NCBI GenBank assembly: GCA_030141605.1
Contig: JAQGDQ010001433.1
Coordinates: 1-41,388, forward strand
Direction of reading: 5' to 3'
Length of the DNA stretch: 41,388 nt
Source: Tubiluchus corallicola
Lineage: Eukaryota > Animalia > Priapulida
The notes below the pieces were generated by a model, which was not told the origin of the DNA, ran no database searches, and saw only the letters and a list, made by a program, of their open reading frames with translations. This document shows, piece after piece, positions 12,175-24,386 of the stretch; the stretch's first letter is position 1; the number at the start of each line of letters is the position of its first letter. A program made the position numbers and the translations under genes.

Positions 12175-13640
12175 ATTCGTAAAACTGACCGACGTTCTGG
12201 CCCATTTACCAGAGGTCACCACACTGCCCAGAATTACCCGTTCAGCAAGTTTCATGTAAGTGCAAAACTGAACTTGTAATGTGCATTACGATGGTGACAA
12301 GATGATTCGTAAAACTGACCGACGCTCTGGCCCATTTACCACTGGTCACCCCACTGCCCAGGGTTACCCCGTCAGTAAGTTTCATGTAAGTTCAAAACTG
12401 AACTTGTAATGTGCATTTCAGCGAGTCGACCGAGGCAAGATGATTCGTAAAACTGACCGACGCTCTGACCCATTTACCAGAGGTCACCCTACTGCCCAGG
12501 GTTACCTGTCCAGCAAGGTTCATGTAAATACAAAACTGAACTTGTAATGTGCATTTCGACGGTGGCAAGATGATTCGTAAAACTGACCGACGCTCTGGCC
12601 CATTTACCAGAGGTCATCAGACTGCTGTCCTTCCCCTACCCAGGGTGACCCGTTCAGCAAGTTTCATCTAAGTACAAAACTGAACTTGTAATGCGCATTA
12701 CGACTGTGGCAAGATGATTCGTAAAACTGACCGACGCTCTGGCCCATTTACCAGAGGTCACCACACTACCTAGGTGACCCGCTCAGCAAGTTTCATGTAA
12801 GTACAAAACTGAACTTGTAATGTGCATTACGACTGTGGCAAGATGATTCGTAAAACTGACCGACGCTCTGGCCCATTTACCAGAGGTAACCACACTGCCC
12901 AGGTGGCCCCCCCCCAGCAAGCTTCATCTAAGTACAAAACTGAACTTGTTATGCGCATTACGACTGTGGCAAGATGATTCGTAAAACTGACCGACGCTCT
13001 GGCCCATTTACCAGAGGTCACCACACTACCTAGGTGACCCGCTCAGCAAGTTTCATGTAAGTACAAAACTGAACTTGTAATGCGCATTACGACTGTGGCA
13101 AGATGATTCGTAAAACTGACCGACGCTCTGGCCCATTTACCACTGGTCACCCCACTGCCCAGCTGGCGCGCTCAGCAAGTTTCATGTAAGTACAAAACTG
13201 AACTTGTAATGTGCATTACGACTGTGGCAAGATGATTCGTAAAACTGACCGACGCTCTGGCCCATTTACCACAGGTCACCACACTGCCCAGCTGGCGCGC
13301 TCAGCAAGTTTCATGTAAGTACAAAACTGAACTTGTAATGTGCATTACGACTGTGGCAAGATGATTCGTAAAACTGACCGACGCTCTGGCCCATTTACCA
13401 CTGGTCACCCCACTGCTCAGGGTTACCCCGTCAGTAAGTTTCATGTAAGTTCAAAACTGAACTTGTAATGTGCATTTCAGCGAGTCGAGCGAGGCAAGAT
13501 GATTCGTAAAACTGACCGACGCTCTGGCCCATTTACCAGAGGTCACCACACTGCCCAGGTGGCCCCCTCAGCAAGCTTCATCTAAGTGCAAAACTGAACT
13601 TGTTATGCGCATTACGACTGTGGCAAGATGATTGGTAAAA
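12175..13640. repeat. ~129-bp satellite, 11 full units (129-144 bp) plus a partial unit
   Basis: ATTCGTAAAACTGACCGACG starts at 12175, 12305, 12443, 12573, 12717, 12846, 12977, 13106, 13235, 13364, 13502; partial at 13631. Confidence 0.97.
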
Positions 13641-14601
13641 CCGCATCCTGTTATTCGCTCAAAACCGACTACTTCACAGCAAATTTCACCTTATCTGCCC
13701 TTCCGAAACATCTAACGCACGTCCAGCGATGAATTCAAAAACAAGAATAAATCAAACGACTCCACAATTTTCCCGAAAATGTTTCGAATTAGAAAACCTC
13801 AGAGAAAACTCGTTAGGAGAATTTCTCGACAATCTTTTCACGAAACTCTGTCGGTTGAATAATTCATCGAAAATGAATCACGTTGTCATTATCAATTTGT
13901 CTTCGATTAGTCAAAGACTGCCTGCGTCCCTTTCTTGGGCCTATTATGCAGATTTTGTGAGAGAAAATCTCGATGGGGAATTGATTGAATGCCCGGAATA
14001 GACAGGAGCCGACAAAACGGAATTCATCAAATGAAAATTGGCATTTTTACACATTTGCCAGACGTGGACATTTTGTCCTGAGATATGGAAGATGAATTAC
14101 AATCTGGTACGTGATATACGTGTACATTTCGAAATCCGTGCTGTCTGAGTTGTTATTTTTTAGGCTTTCTTCTAAGCATTTCTCTTAATGGGCCGTAGAT
14201 TATTATTATTATAATCTCTATAATATTCAAAACATTATTAATTAAACAAATCAAGTCCCTATCAGCATTTAAAACAAAATTAAAATCACTAATATTAACC
14301 AGATATGAAATACCATCACACCAGTACGACCACATACATAGTAATTCAGAATTTATATATCTACGGCCTTATTAATTAAATCATAGTTTTTTCATTTTTT
14401 GTGCATAGTTGTAAATATGTTTGATTTTATTCGTCGTTACTTTCCATTACTGCACACTAGTTTAGATTGCACTGACGCATTTGCCTTTAGCAGTGTAAGT
14501 TTTTATTAACTAACACTGATTGATCATCTCTGTAAAGTTCTTATCAGTGATTATCAATGCATTTTAATGGCAAATAAAGATTATTATATATATATGTATA
14601 T

Positions 14602-14635
14602 ATTGTATAAACACGATGTACAACATTAATAATTA

Positions 14636-14677
<42 letters not shown>

Positions 14678-14705
14678 TTAATGTTGTAGATCATGTTTAT
14701 ACAAT
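14602..14705. repeat. Palindrome centred on (AT)n
   Basis: Arms ATTGTATAAACACGATGTACAACATTAATAATTATA and its near reverse complement. Confidence 0.85.
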
Positions 14706-14765
14706 TTTGATATACCACTTAGAAAGAATTTGATGTTGAACTATTTCCTTTGTTGAACTCATGAA

Positions 14766-15128
14766 CATGGCGGAATTATCCTAAAGCCTAGTATAAGCTG
14801 CATCCTAGGACCACTCAAGCTTATCATACCTTTGGTACAATACCTGTTTTTTACTACGGTTGTGCTAAAATACGTGCTAATTTGGTCTACAATAAATGGT
14901 AAATAGTTGTATTTTTTAAAGAATATTTTGTTGACAAACAAAAATAACTATTTTAGTTTATTTAATGAATTTGCAATAAGTTTACTTCAAACTATGTAAA
15001 TTTCGCTAAACACATCACGAGTGAAAATATTCAAGACGCATGCGCGCGAATTACAGGGTAGCTCCGTCTGAGAAAGGCCCTACAATTTCATTTGCCTAGG
15101 TGCCTTAAAAGGTCATAACCCGGCCCTG
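14766..15128 (+). mobile_element. hAT-like MITE
   Basis: Imperfect TIRs CATGGCGGAATTAT and ATAACCCGGCCCTG; homologous to 9473-9700; no clear TSD. Confidence 0.55.
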
Positions 15129-15251
15129 TTTGCGAGCAACCATTCTTTTCATTTTTTACTATTCACTAAGTTTATGTTCGTATTTATTATTCCAGCAACT
15201 TCAACGTAAGCTGACGTTTTTATACTGCATCTGTGTAATTACCTCTTTACT

Positions 15252-15752
15252 ATAGGTTTTACATGTCAAATGTAGACCTACGTTAACTCAAATGTAGATT
15301 TAGGTAATTCAAATGTGTCTTGGTAACTCAAATGTAGACTTAGGTAGTTCAAATGTGTTAACAATGGTTTTCAACAAATCTTAAGCGCTTTTGGTAAGTC
15401 AAATGTAGACACATGTCAAGTCAAATGTGACATTGGTATCTCAAATGTGGATAGGTGGTAAAGTTTAAGGATGTTAAATTTAATCTTTTTTAATATCAAT
15501 TTAATAATTGCTCCTAAGTTAAAATAACAACGTTGTAGGCCTACTAATAGATGCACTATCTGTAGTTTATCTTTTTCTAATTTGCACTTAAATAACTTAA
15601 TTACCGATTTATTCAAAGTAATGCATCTACATTTGACTTACCTAAGTCACATTTGAGTTACCAAAACACATTCGAAATTCCTATGTCTACATTTGACTTA
15701 CCTAAGTCACATTTGAACTTTCCTGTGTCTACATTTGACGTGTAAAACCTAT
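15252..15752. mobile_element. TIR MITE with internal CAAATGTAGAC repeats, copy 1
   Basis: TIR ATAGGTTTTACA(C/T)GTCAAATGTAGAC and its reverse complement; mirrored subterminal repeats. Confidence 0.85.
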
Positions 15753-15760
15753 CTAAAATT

Positions 15761-16843
15761 TACTCAGTGACTACTAGACTTCACACAACCATTGTTTGTA
15801 TTGTTGCTACTCTGTGACTACTAGACTTCACACAACCATTGTTTGCAGTGTTGTTACTCTGTGACTACTAGACTTCGCACAACCATTCTTTGTAATGTTG
15901 TTACTCAGTGACTACTAGACTTCACACAACCATTGTTTGTATTGTTGCTACTCTGTGACTACTAGACTTCACACAACCATTCTTTGTAGTGTGGTTACTC
16001 TGTGACTACTAGCATTCACACAACCATTCTTTGTAGTGTTGTTACTCTGTGACTACTAGACTTCACACAACCATTGTTTGCAGTGTTGTTACTCTGTGAC
16101 TACTAGACTTCACACAACCATTGTTTGTATTGTTGCTACTCTGTGACTACTAGACTTCACACAACCATTGTTTGCAGTGTTGTTACTCTGTGACTACTAG
16201 ACTTCGCACAACCATTCTTTGTAATGTTGTTACTCAGTGACTACTAGACTTCACACAACCATTGTTTGTATTGTTGCTACTCTGTGACTACTAGACTTCA
16301 CACAACCATTCTTTGTAGTGTGGTTACTCTGTGACTACTAGCATTCACACAACCATTCTTTGTAGTGTTGTTGCTCTGTGACTACTAGACTTTACACAAC
16401 CATTCTTTGTAGTGTTGTTACTCTGTGACTACTAGACTTTACACAACCATTGTTTGTAGTGTTGTTATTCTGTGACTACTAGACTTCACACAACCATTGT
16501 TTGTAGTGTTGTTATTCTGTGACTACTAGACTTCACACAACCATTGTTTGTATTGTTGCTACTCTGTGACTACTAGACTTTACACAACCATTCTTTGTAG
16601 TGTTGTTACTCTGTGACTACTAGACTTTACACAACCATTGTTTGTAGTGTTGTTACTCTGTGACTACTAGACTTCGCACAACCATTGTTTGTAGTGTTGT
16701 TACTCTGTGACTACTAGACTTCGCACAACCATTGTTTGTAGTGTTGTTACTCTGTGACTACTAGACTTCGCACAACCATTGTTTGTAGTGTTGTTACTCT
16801 GTGACTACTAGACTTTACACAACCATTGTTTGTAGTGTTGTTG
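15761..16843. repeat. 47-bp minisatellite, ~23 copies
   Basis: Unit TACTCTGTGACTACTAGACTTCACACAACCATTGTTTGTAGTGTTGT. Confidence 0.97.
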
Positions 16844-17455
16844 TGTTATACTGCACTCATCTCATCTTTAAAGCAATGATACACACTTCAGGGCGTTTCC
16901 TCATTCAAATCTCATCCTTCGTAAGTCAATTACGTCCAACGCCAAACACTTCACTAACTAGATTTCAGCACCGTCAGAAATTGGCACGTTCGGCGAATTC
17001 TAAAGGAAACCCGTTTTGACTTCAAAGCAGCAATGGGGATAAGAAGAAACAAGCCAATATGCGCCAATAATTTATACTCCAACTTGTGAAGAAAGTAAAA
17101 TGAAATTCGCGAAATTGATGTGAAAAGAGATTATTAAATTACCTGTCAGATTCGCTCAAGGTTGCAATAAGTCAACGTTGTCAAACCCGTAGAAATAATC
17201 TTGTAAATTTATTGAAGTATTTATTTGTTTGTTTACAGTGTTCAACGTGAAGTATTTATTTGTTTGTTTACAATCAGTCAGTATGCGAACAAATATGAAT
17301 TAAGTAAAAATAGAAAATACGAAACATTTATAAAGGAACTCAGGCAATACTTATAAATATTCGTGACCTACAATGTATTTTATTTTTTTAACTCTAATCT
17401 AGGTTTACTACCATACTTTTATGTAATATTAATTAGATGATATTTCTTTATTTTT

Positions 17456-17499
<44 letters not shown>

Positions 17500-17557
17500 A
17501 TATATTTAACATTTATACGATATATATATATATGTATATAGTACTAGTGTATCTGCA

Positions 17558-17643
17558 CTAGTGTATAATTTTTGCAATAAAGATATATTTATAATAATAT
17601 TTATATATATATATAAATCTTTATTGCAAAAATTATACACTAG
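17558..17643. repeat. AT-centred palindrome
   Basis: CTAGTGTATAATTTTTGCAATAAAGAT ... ATCTTTATTGCAAAAATTATACACTAG. Confidence 0.85.
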
Positions 17644-17659
17644 GACAGAGTAAAACAAA

Positions 17660-18113
17660 TTGATGTTCGTCCTTCGAATGATGACCATAGTGACAGGGAT
17701 AAAAGGTCAGTTTGGCAGGTTGTCATTCCTTTGATGAGCTCGAAGGTGACTGACTAGGCCAATTCTGGCCTGGAAACTTCTTTGGCATTTGGCACAGGTG
17801 AGGCTGGGTGTTTGGACCTGTTGTTGGGCAGTGTCACATGCCTTGCGTCTTGCGCTTCTCCTCTGCCTCCTCAATTCTTTTCCCCTCTGCTGTCCTAGCC
17901 CCTGTGGAGATGGCACTCCGCCATGCTGAGCGATCTTGTGCAAGAGTTTCCATTGAGCGGATATCCATGCTGAGCTCCTTGAGTGAGGCCTTCAGGCTGT
18001 CTTTGAAGCGTTTCTTTGGTCGTCCAACCTTTCTCTTTCCAGACACAAGTTCTCCACAAAGCATCTTCTTTGGTATGCGGTTTTCTGGCATGCGAATCAC
18101 TTGTCCTGCCTAC
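17660..18113 (-). mobile_element. 5'-truncated RTE-clade LINE 3' end, frameshifted
   Basis: RMPENRIPKKMLCGELVSGKRKVGRPKKRFKDSLK...AQDRSAWR, then C2H2 finger CAKCQRSFQARIGLVSHLRAH and short 3' UTR ATGGTCATCATTCGAAGGACGAACA. Confidence 0.92.
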
Positions 18114-18409
18114 CGAATTTATGTTTTGAGGAGGAGTGTTTACATCACATATGTAAAACAAATTACATCATACATAAAATCAGTGTATAATCAGTCATTG
18201 ACAGACTGATGTGTTCAATTGTGTCAGTTAGTGTAAGTTAAAAATTATGAGAATAAAATACTACATTACATATCTACAAACTTGTCTACATCATGACATG
18301 ATGGTGACTTATAAAATATTGTGAATTTTAATACTTTTTGATAGTTTTTGCTACTTTTTGCCATATATGTTTCCGTGCGAGTCGTATATTTTCATAATAT
18401 AGACACTTA

Positions 18410-18721
18410 TATAGGTTTTACACGTCAAATGTAGACCTGCGTTAACTCAAATGTAGATTTAGGTAATTCAAATGTGTCTTGGTAACTCAAATGTAGACTT
18501 TGGTAGTTCAAATGTATTAACAATGGTTTTCAAGAAATCTTAAGCGTTTTTGGTAAGTCAAATGTAGACACATGTCAAGTCAAATGTTCTATGTCTACAT
18601 TTGACTTACCTAAGTCACATTTGAGTTACCAAAACACATTTGAAATTCCTATGTCTACATTTGACTTACCTAAGTCACATTTGAACTTTCGTGTGTCTAC
18701 ATTTGACGTGTAAAACCTATA
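18410..18721. mobile_element. TIR MITE copy 2, internally deleted
   Basis: TATAGGTTTTACACGTCAAATG...CATTTGACGTGTAAAACCTATA; lacks the AT-rich centre of copy 1. Confidence 0.85.
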
Positions 18722-19262
18722 CTATGATGAGTTTACGAGTCTAAAGCGTTACGCGTTTTTTATATTCTCAATTATTGATGAATTCTACTTTATCGTTTGT
18801 ATATAAGGGTCTTTTGTGAAGTTAGCAGTTTGTTTTTTAGTTCTGTTTTAATGTCGTTAATCTGTCTTTTGATTTTATACTTAATGGTGCTGAATACCAT
18901 AAGTTGATTGCTGTTTTGTTTATTGAATTGAGTTTTTTGTAAGTAACTGTTTTAGATTATAGAAGCGAAAGTTTTTATGTTTATCGGGCATAAATAATAA
19001 AGTATTTTCTTTGAAAGCAGGAATTATATCATTTATACATATAAATAGGAATATTAAGGTATATAAATATATTGTATTGATCATTTTATATTCTTTTCTT
19101 CCATATACTATTTTAAACTGTGCTATGAGATCTACGTGTTTACAATAACTAGGTCTAATTCAATAACTTCACTTCATGTTGGCTTTATTTCGTAATGGTG
19201 GCGGTCACGGTTTATGCTTTATTAGCAGGCGCCTCGACTGGACGTTTTAACATTAATATGTG

Positions 19263-19351
19263 TTATCGTCTGATCACCGAAGTTAAGCAACCTAGAGCCT
19301 GGTTAGTACTTGGATGCGTGACCACCTAGGAATACCAGGTGCTGTAGGCTT
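19263..19351 (+). pseudogene. 5S rRNA-derived segment (approx. 5S nt 32-120)
   Basis: TCGTCTGATCACCGAAGTTAAGCAA...GCCTGGTTAGTACTTGGATG.GTGACC.CCT.GGAATACCAGGTGCTGTAGGCTT matches metazoan 5S; 5' ~30 nt absent; no oligo-T terminator. Confidence 0.92.
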
Positions 19352-19790
19352 GCGGGATGCCCACACTGTGTCTTGACACTAGGCAGAGGAGCTGCACAAG
19401 CAGCAAACGGCTAGAGGGCGGAGGAGGTCAAGTGACTCAACGGCCATGTGTAGAGGAGTAAATCTTCCAAATCAGGAGTGGAGCCCCGAAGGCGGACTAG
19501 TGCAGCATGCTCACTGACTCCGGCAGCTCCTGCAGCCAACCTGGTGCCAAACGTATCGCTCCGCTTTCCTTTGGACTACACCAGCGAGGAAGAGAGGGGG
19601 TTCCTGTTGCCTGGACAACTCAGGATCTCCATACACCTTGCCCAGGCGTGCACCCTGGAGAGGCCACTCCAGTGGTTCAAGGATCGTATTGCTCAGCCAC
19701 AGTCGACGCTGCAGCTCCATCAATGTGATCAATAACTGACTCTCTTGGCGCACACTCCATTGTCTTCCGAGACAGAAGGATGCCAACACT
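19263..19790 (+). mobile_element. 5S-headed SINE (SINE3-type) with ~440-bp GC-rich, RTE-like body
   Basis: 5S 3' end runs directly into a GC-rich body ending CCATTGTCTTCCGAGACAGAAGGATGCCAACA; sharp return to AT-rich DNA on both sides. Confidence 0.7.
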
Positions 19791-20021
19791 GAAACAGTAA
19801 TGAAATACATTATAGTGAATGTATTCATGTTGACAATGAATTGTAATGAGTGTCGAAATAAATGATGGTGAATGAATAAATTATCGTCCCGCGGCAACTT
19901 TTTTCGCAAAATACAACCTTAGTACTAACTGTTACAGACAATAAGAGGACAGCTTGGCAGGCCTAATCATTACCTACTCAAGAATTGTAAACGCACTCCA
20001 ATAGTTACGTTACCGGACGAG

Positions 20022-20493
20022 CAGGGCCTATTTCAGCCTAAGCGAGGCCTGGAGAACTGGGGCGTGTGAGGCCCGTCGGGGGGGGGGGCGGGTGGTTGAG
20101 CTACTAGAACGCCGGAGAAGCATTTTCGAAGAGAAAATATGGAGTTCTACAGTCGTTAAAAGAAAGAACATTTGAAAGAAAAACTGCTTTATTCTCAAGA
20201 CCAGTCCTTAATACTTGTCAAATAGTCAAATGAAAAACAACATCTTTGCAATATGTAATACCGTACTCTCACAAGCCGTACAAGCCGGTGTTAGAAATTC
20301 CGAAATTGAAAACAGCTGAACATCGGCACGGAGCCACACAAGGCAAGCGGCGCGCGTGCGGCAAGAGAGAGAGGAGGCAGTATGTTCGCATAAACCAAAA
20401 AAAGTGTTACCTTGGCGTGAGGCCCCCCTCGAGGGTGAGGCCCCGGGGAAAGTATCCCCACTTACCCCCCCCCCCCCTCTGAAATAGGGCCTG
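20022..20493 (+). mobile_element. hAT MITE, long copy
   Basis: TIRs CAGGGCCTATTTCAG and CTGAAATAGGGCCTG; 8-bp TSD CGGACGAG (20014-20021, 20494-20501). Confidence 0.92.
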
Positions 20494-20680
20494 CGGACGA
20501 GTGTGAAAACGGCCTAGTAACAAACAATTCCAAACTTCAAATTACTTTACAAAAACGAATTTTATGTCTTTGCGTCTTTCCTATACACTAGAGACTCGCA
20601 GTTATATTGTAAACGCACTCCAATAGTTACGTTACCGGACGAGTGTGAAAACGGCCTAGTAACAAACAATTCTAAACATC

Positions 20681-20825
20681 TGCGGCAAGAGAGAGAGAGA
20701 GGGAGAGAGGAGGCAGTATGTTCGCATAAAGCAAAAAAAATGGTGCCTTGGCGCTAGGCCCCCCTAGAGGGTGAGTCCCCGGGGAAAGTATCCCCACTTA
20801 CCCCCCCCCCCCGAAATAGGGCCTG
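20681..20825 (+). mobile_element. Duplicated right end of the same hAT MITE
   Basis: Homologous to ~20358-20493 and followed by the same CGGACGAG flank. Confidence 0.85.
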
Positions 20826-21781
20826 CGGACGAGTGTGAATACGGCCTAGTAACAAACAATTCCAAACTTCAATTACTTTTACAAAAACGAATTTCATGTC
20901 TTTCCTATACACTAGAGACTCACAGTTATATTGTAAGCGTTTGAAACTCATTTCTTGTTTCAAGAAAAAGTCGTTAGATAAATAATTCTTAAGAGCAGCT
21001 GCCCCAGCTTCTTCCCTTGAGCATCATAAGCTAAATAAATAAATCATTTGACTCGCTCACTTCTTAGCTCAGCTCCATTCCGCAATTCATTCATGATGGC
21101 CCTCTAGAGACTCGCCTGGTAAATAAAGAGGATTTAAACAGAATTCATGCGCTGTTGCTGTTAGCTGGATTTATTGGGCGTCGTTTATGGTGTCTGGGAA
21201 TAGTCTGCTCTTGCGGTTTTCAAGCCCGTTTAATAGTAATGTGGATCTACAGCTTCCGGCGCATCGACAGTAGTATGGTGCTTTAGCTTCCGTTTCACTG
21301 CAGTTTCGTATAATATATATTCCCTTAAGTTATGTTTTAAATATATCTTGAAGACAACTAGCCAGGTACTGCAAGTTGGATTTATGTAGGTCAGTTGCTG
21401 ACATAGTTGCTATACCGTATATATATATATATATATACATTAGTGCAGTGTGTATATTAAACACGTACATTTGTGACTGGTGTAGATAACGAAGAGAAAG
21501 AATCGTCTAGAAAAAGACACTTCACACCTGGTTCTTATCTTAAATAACGACAGTTCTCAAAATTATCAATACTTTGAACGTATAGGCAGTGGAGAACATT
21601 GTGACGTCATCACTGCTGACGTAATTCGGGATTGTATTTTACTAGAGTATCTTATTATTGTTTCATCATTGTGCACAAATAGGCCCTAATTGTTCCAGTG
21701 GTGGAATGCATGTTTTTATAATGACGTAAGTGAAATGCTAAAGCGATCTTAAGCACTGAAAAGATTATGGAACCCCATATA

Positions 21782-21988
21782 CAGGGCCTATTTCAGCCTA
21801 AGCGAGGCCCGGGGAAGTGGGGCGTGTGAGGTCCCCTCGGGGGGGGGCGGTGCGTGCGGCAACAGAGAGAGAGGAGGCAGTATGTTCGCATAAAGCAAAA
21901 AAATGTTACCTCGGCGCAAGGTCCCCCTGGAGGGTGAGGACCCGGGGAAGTATCCACACTTACCCCCCCCCCCCCGAAATGGGCCCTG
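21782..21988 (+). mobile_element. hAT MITE, short internally deleted copy
   Basis: Same TIR family; 8-bp TSD CCCATATA (21774-21781, 21989-21996). Confidence 0.92.
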
Positions 21989-23317
21989 CCCATATATGTG
22001 TAATTCAGAATAAAAACAATGCAATTACAGTGAAAAAAGCTTGGAGTAAGATTTATTGACAGTCAATGCTAATGTTACGATGGGTTTACATCACAAAAAA
22101 GTGATATTACATTAAAAATACGGAGACGTCCAAAAATGCACATGGAGTCATGGACAGTATTTCTGATATTTTCTTGTACGCTCATCAAAGCTATTTGCAC
22201 TGCAAACTTCAGCCAAACTATTTCAGCATATGAAGAGCACCCGTATTGCTGTTTGCCAGGAGGCAATTTTTAACTCATTTAACAATAAGAACTCCGTGCA
22301 GTGTCAAGCAAATGTTTAACATTTAGAACGGTATATTATTTGCAGTTTTACTTTTGTGATTAAAGGAACAATTCTTAAATTAGTATAATTCGAAACATTT
22401 ATATTTGTACTTACGCTCTATGCGGTATGGCAGTATTATATGTAATTATTTTGTTGTTGTTATTTCAGCCTGATCATTGCTGCAATATCATAAATAAACC
22501 ACTTTGATTGATTCAGTAAAAACTTCCATAGTTATTTAACTATAAACGCTACAGTTCATAACAGGGTCGTGTTAAGACTTCAGGAGGCCTTGACCATTGG
22601 ACAGATTATGCTACCCCCAATCTCCAATATATGTGTAATTCAGAATAAGAACAATGCTAAATTGCGAAGAGATTTCGTCTTACTTGCAGTAAGATTTATT
22701 TATAGTATCTGCTATGACAACAGTTTTACGTTGCAAAAAAGTGGTGCTAGATTAGAAATATGAGACGACTCTAAATCTTATAAAGCTCATTATATCTTTT
22801 AGCATATCTACATGCGAATTGGATATCAGCAAACACTATGGCGGATTATTACAAAAGTGAGCATGATATATAGTGAACAAAACGTATCCTATCAACAATG
22901 CAAACAATTTCATATTTCATTTATTAAGGACACTGATATGAGAGGAAAGTGTCATATTGCCGTCATTGTCGTAACCCCCCCCCCGGACCCTAAGCACGTG
23001 CTTATTTTGTTTAGCGGTTAATCCAGGGCTGTAATGTAATCTTAGCATGTAATCATTTGTTGAAATTTCTGCTCTTCAGTTGACATTAAAGCTGAATGAG
23101 ACACAAGTGTTATTTACATTAAATTTACAAAATGCTGAGTAATATTAAAGATAATTTGTACACAGCACAATTTATGTTGTATGCAAACTATGTTTTATTT
23201 GTTAGACTGTTTTTTTTTATAAAATTTAAATTGTAATTATCCGCTATATATATATATAATATATATATCTTATGTTTCATTTGTTTTGAATTCATAAATA
23301 TATTAAGCTATGTCTGT

Positions 23318-23711
<394 letters not shown>

Positions 23712-23718
<7 letters not shown>

Positions 23719-24009
23719 TTCGTTTAGGACACAGGCCAGGAATAACATCTTAAGTAACTCAATACTTATTTTCAGACTAGTCTCGATTGTTATTACTTGC
23801 ATTAATCATTACTTCGATAAAACCACGTGCTTGGTCGAAAAACCAGCGGTGCCATTTTTTAGGTCTTTGGCATGACTCAGTCAGGAGTTGAACCTGCGAC
23901 CTCACGGCTGAAAAGCAAGCACACTACCATTGAACTAGGCCACCAGGTACATACGTTAATGTACGGAATATCTCCAGGGCTGTCCGTGGACATAAGAATT
24001 CCGGCCAAT
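23712..24009 (-). mobile_element. tRNA-derived SINE, copy B
   Basis: Box A/B on minus strand; GTCATGCCAAAGACCTAAAAAATGGCACC core; homology to 2427-2700 including the 5' extension. Confidence 0.8.
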
Positions 24010-24212
24010 GAAGTTTGTTGGATGGATGGATGGATCTGAGGGATTTGAGTCGGTAGAATGAGATTGAAATCACGGGGAAAGAAAATGTGAGAATTAACCA
24101 TACCAATCAGTTCTAGCTTAACTAAATCTTGTTTGCTTTAAATGTGTTTATAGTGTAGGAAAACTGTCATGGTGATTTGTCATTGCATTGTGTTTGCGAA
24201 CTAAAATTCTAT

Positions 24213-24386
<174 letters not shown>

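Noticed and set aside
12175-13640. CRISPR-like repeat/spacer array
   Set aside because: Variable parts are related to each other and recur; units are ~129 bp; no cas genes; eukaryotic context
15761-16843. CRISPR array
   Set aside because: Contiguous 47-bp units with no unique spacers
17707-17943. Host C2H2 zinc-finger gene
   Set aside because: The finger is the frameshifted C-terminus of the RTE ORF
19263-19351. Functional 5S rRNA gene
   Set aside because: First ~30 nt missing, no oligo-T terminator, not in a tandem array
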